DNA of 64,000 nucleotides from Mobula hypostoma (lineage: Eukaryota): NCBI RefSeq assembly GCF_963921235.1, contig NC_086108.1, positions 51,276,001 to 51,340,000 of the forward strand, in the 5' to 3' direction. Position numbers and translations under genes: made by a program. The notes under the pieces were generated by a model. The model ran no database searches and was not told the origin of the DNA. It was given only the letters and a program-made list of their open reading frames with translations. Of this stretch, positions 63,816 to 64,000 are shown piece by piece; the first letter of the stretch is position 1, and every line of letters starts with the position of its first letter.

Positions 63816-64000
63816 TATGACCAGAACTGGTAATTGTTTCCGAAAGTTGTCCACCTATGGTGTTGAGTTGTGGAGTCATACAATAATGAATCATGTCAAC
63901 AGGTCCTTCAGCCCATGGCATCTATGTCAACCATGATCATAGTGCCATTCAGCAATACAGCATGGATACAGGCCCTTTGGCCCATCTAGTCCCAATTTCC

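Overview
Vertebrate genomic DNA, most likely a cartilaginous fish (ray/shark; inferred only from the repeat content: V-SINE/HE1-like SINEs, CR1, Rex1/Babar and Penelope-like elements). Two host genes lie head-to-head: the first coding exon of KIFAP3 (minus strand, 9763-9732, in a CpG-rich island; the rest lies left of the window) and the complete 4-exon NTMT2/METTL11B N-terminal methyltransferase (plus strand, 18944-53725, 282 aa, all introns GT-AG and phase-consistent). Most of the remainder is nested transposon debris, and many insertions keep readable target-site duplications (TSDs). The most notable non-coding signals are: (1) minimal hammerhead ribozyme motifs carried by a young Penelope-like family, (2) a candidate HDV-like ribozyme at the 5' end of a short TSD-flanked retroposon, and (3) a structured HERO 3' UTR with a compensatory indel between two copies. 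All family assignments come from motif recognition by eye. No database searches or folding programs were run, and boundaries of degraded repeats are approximate.
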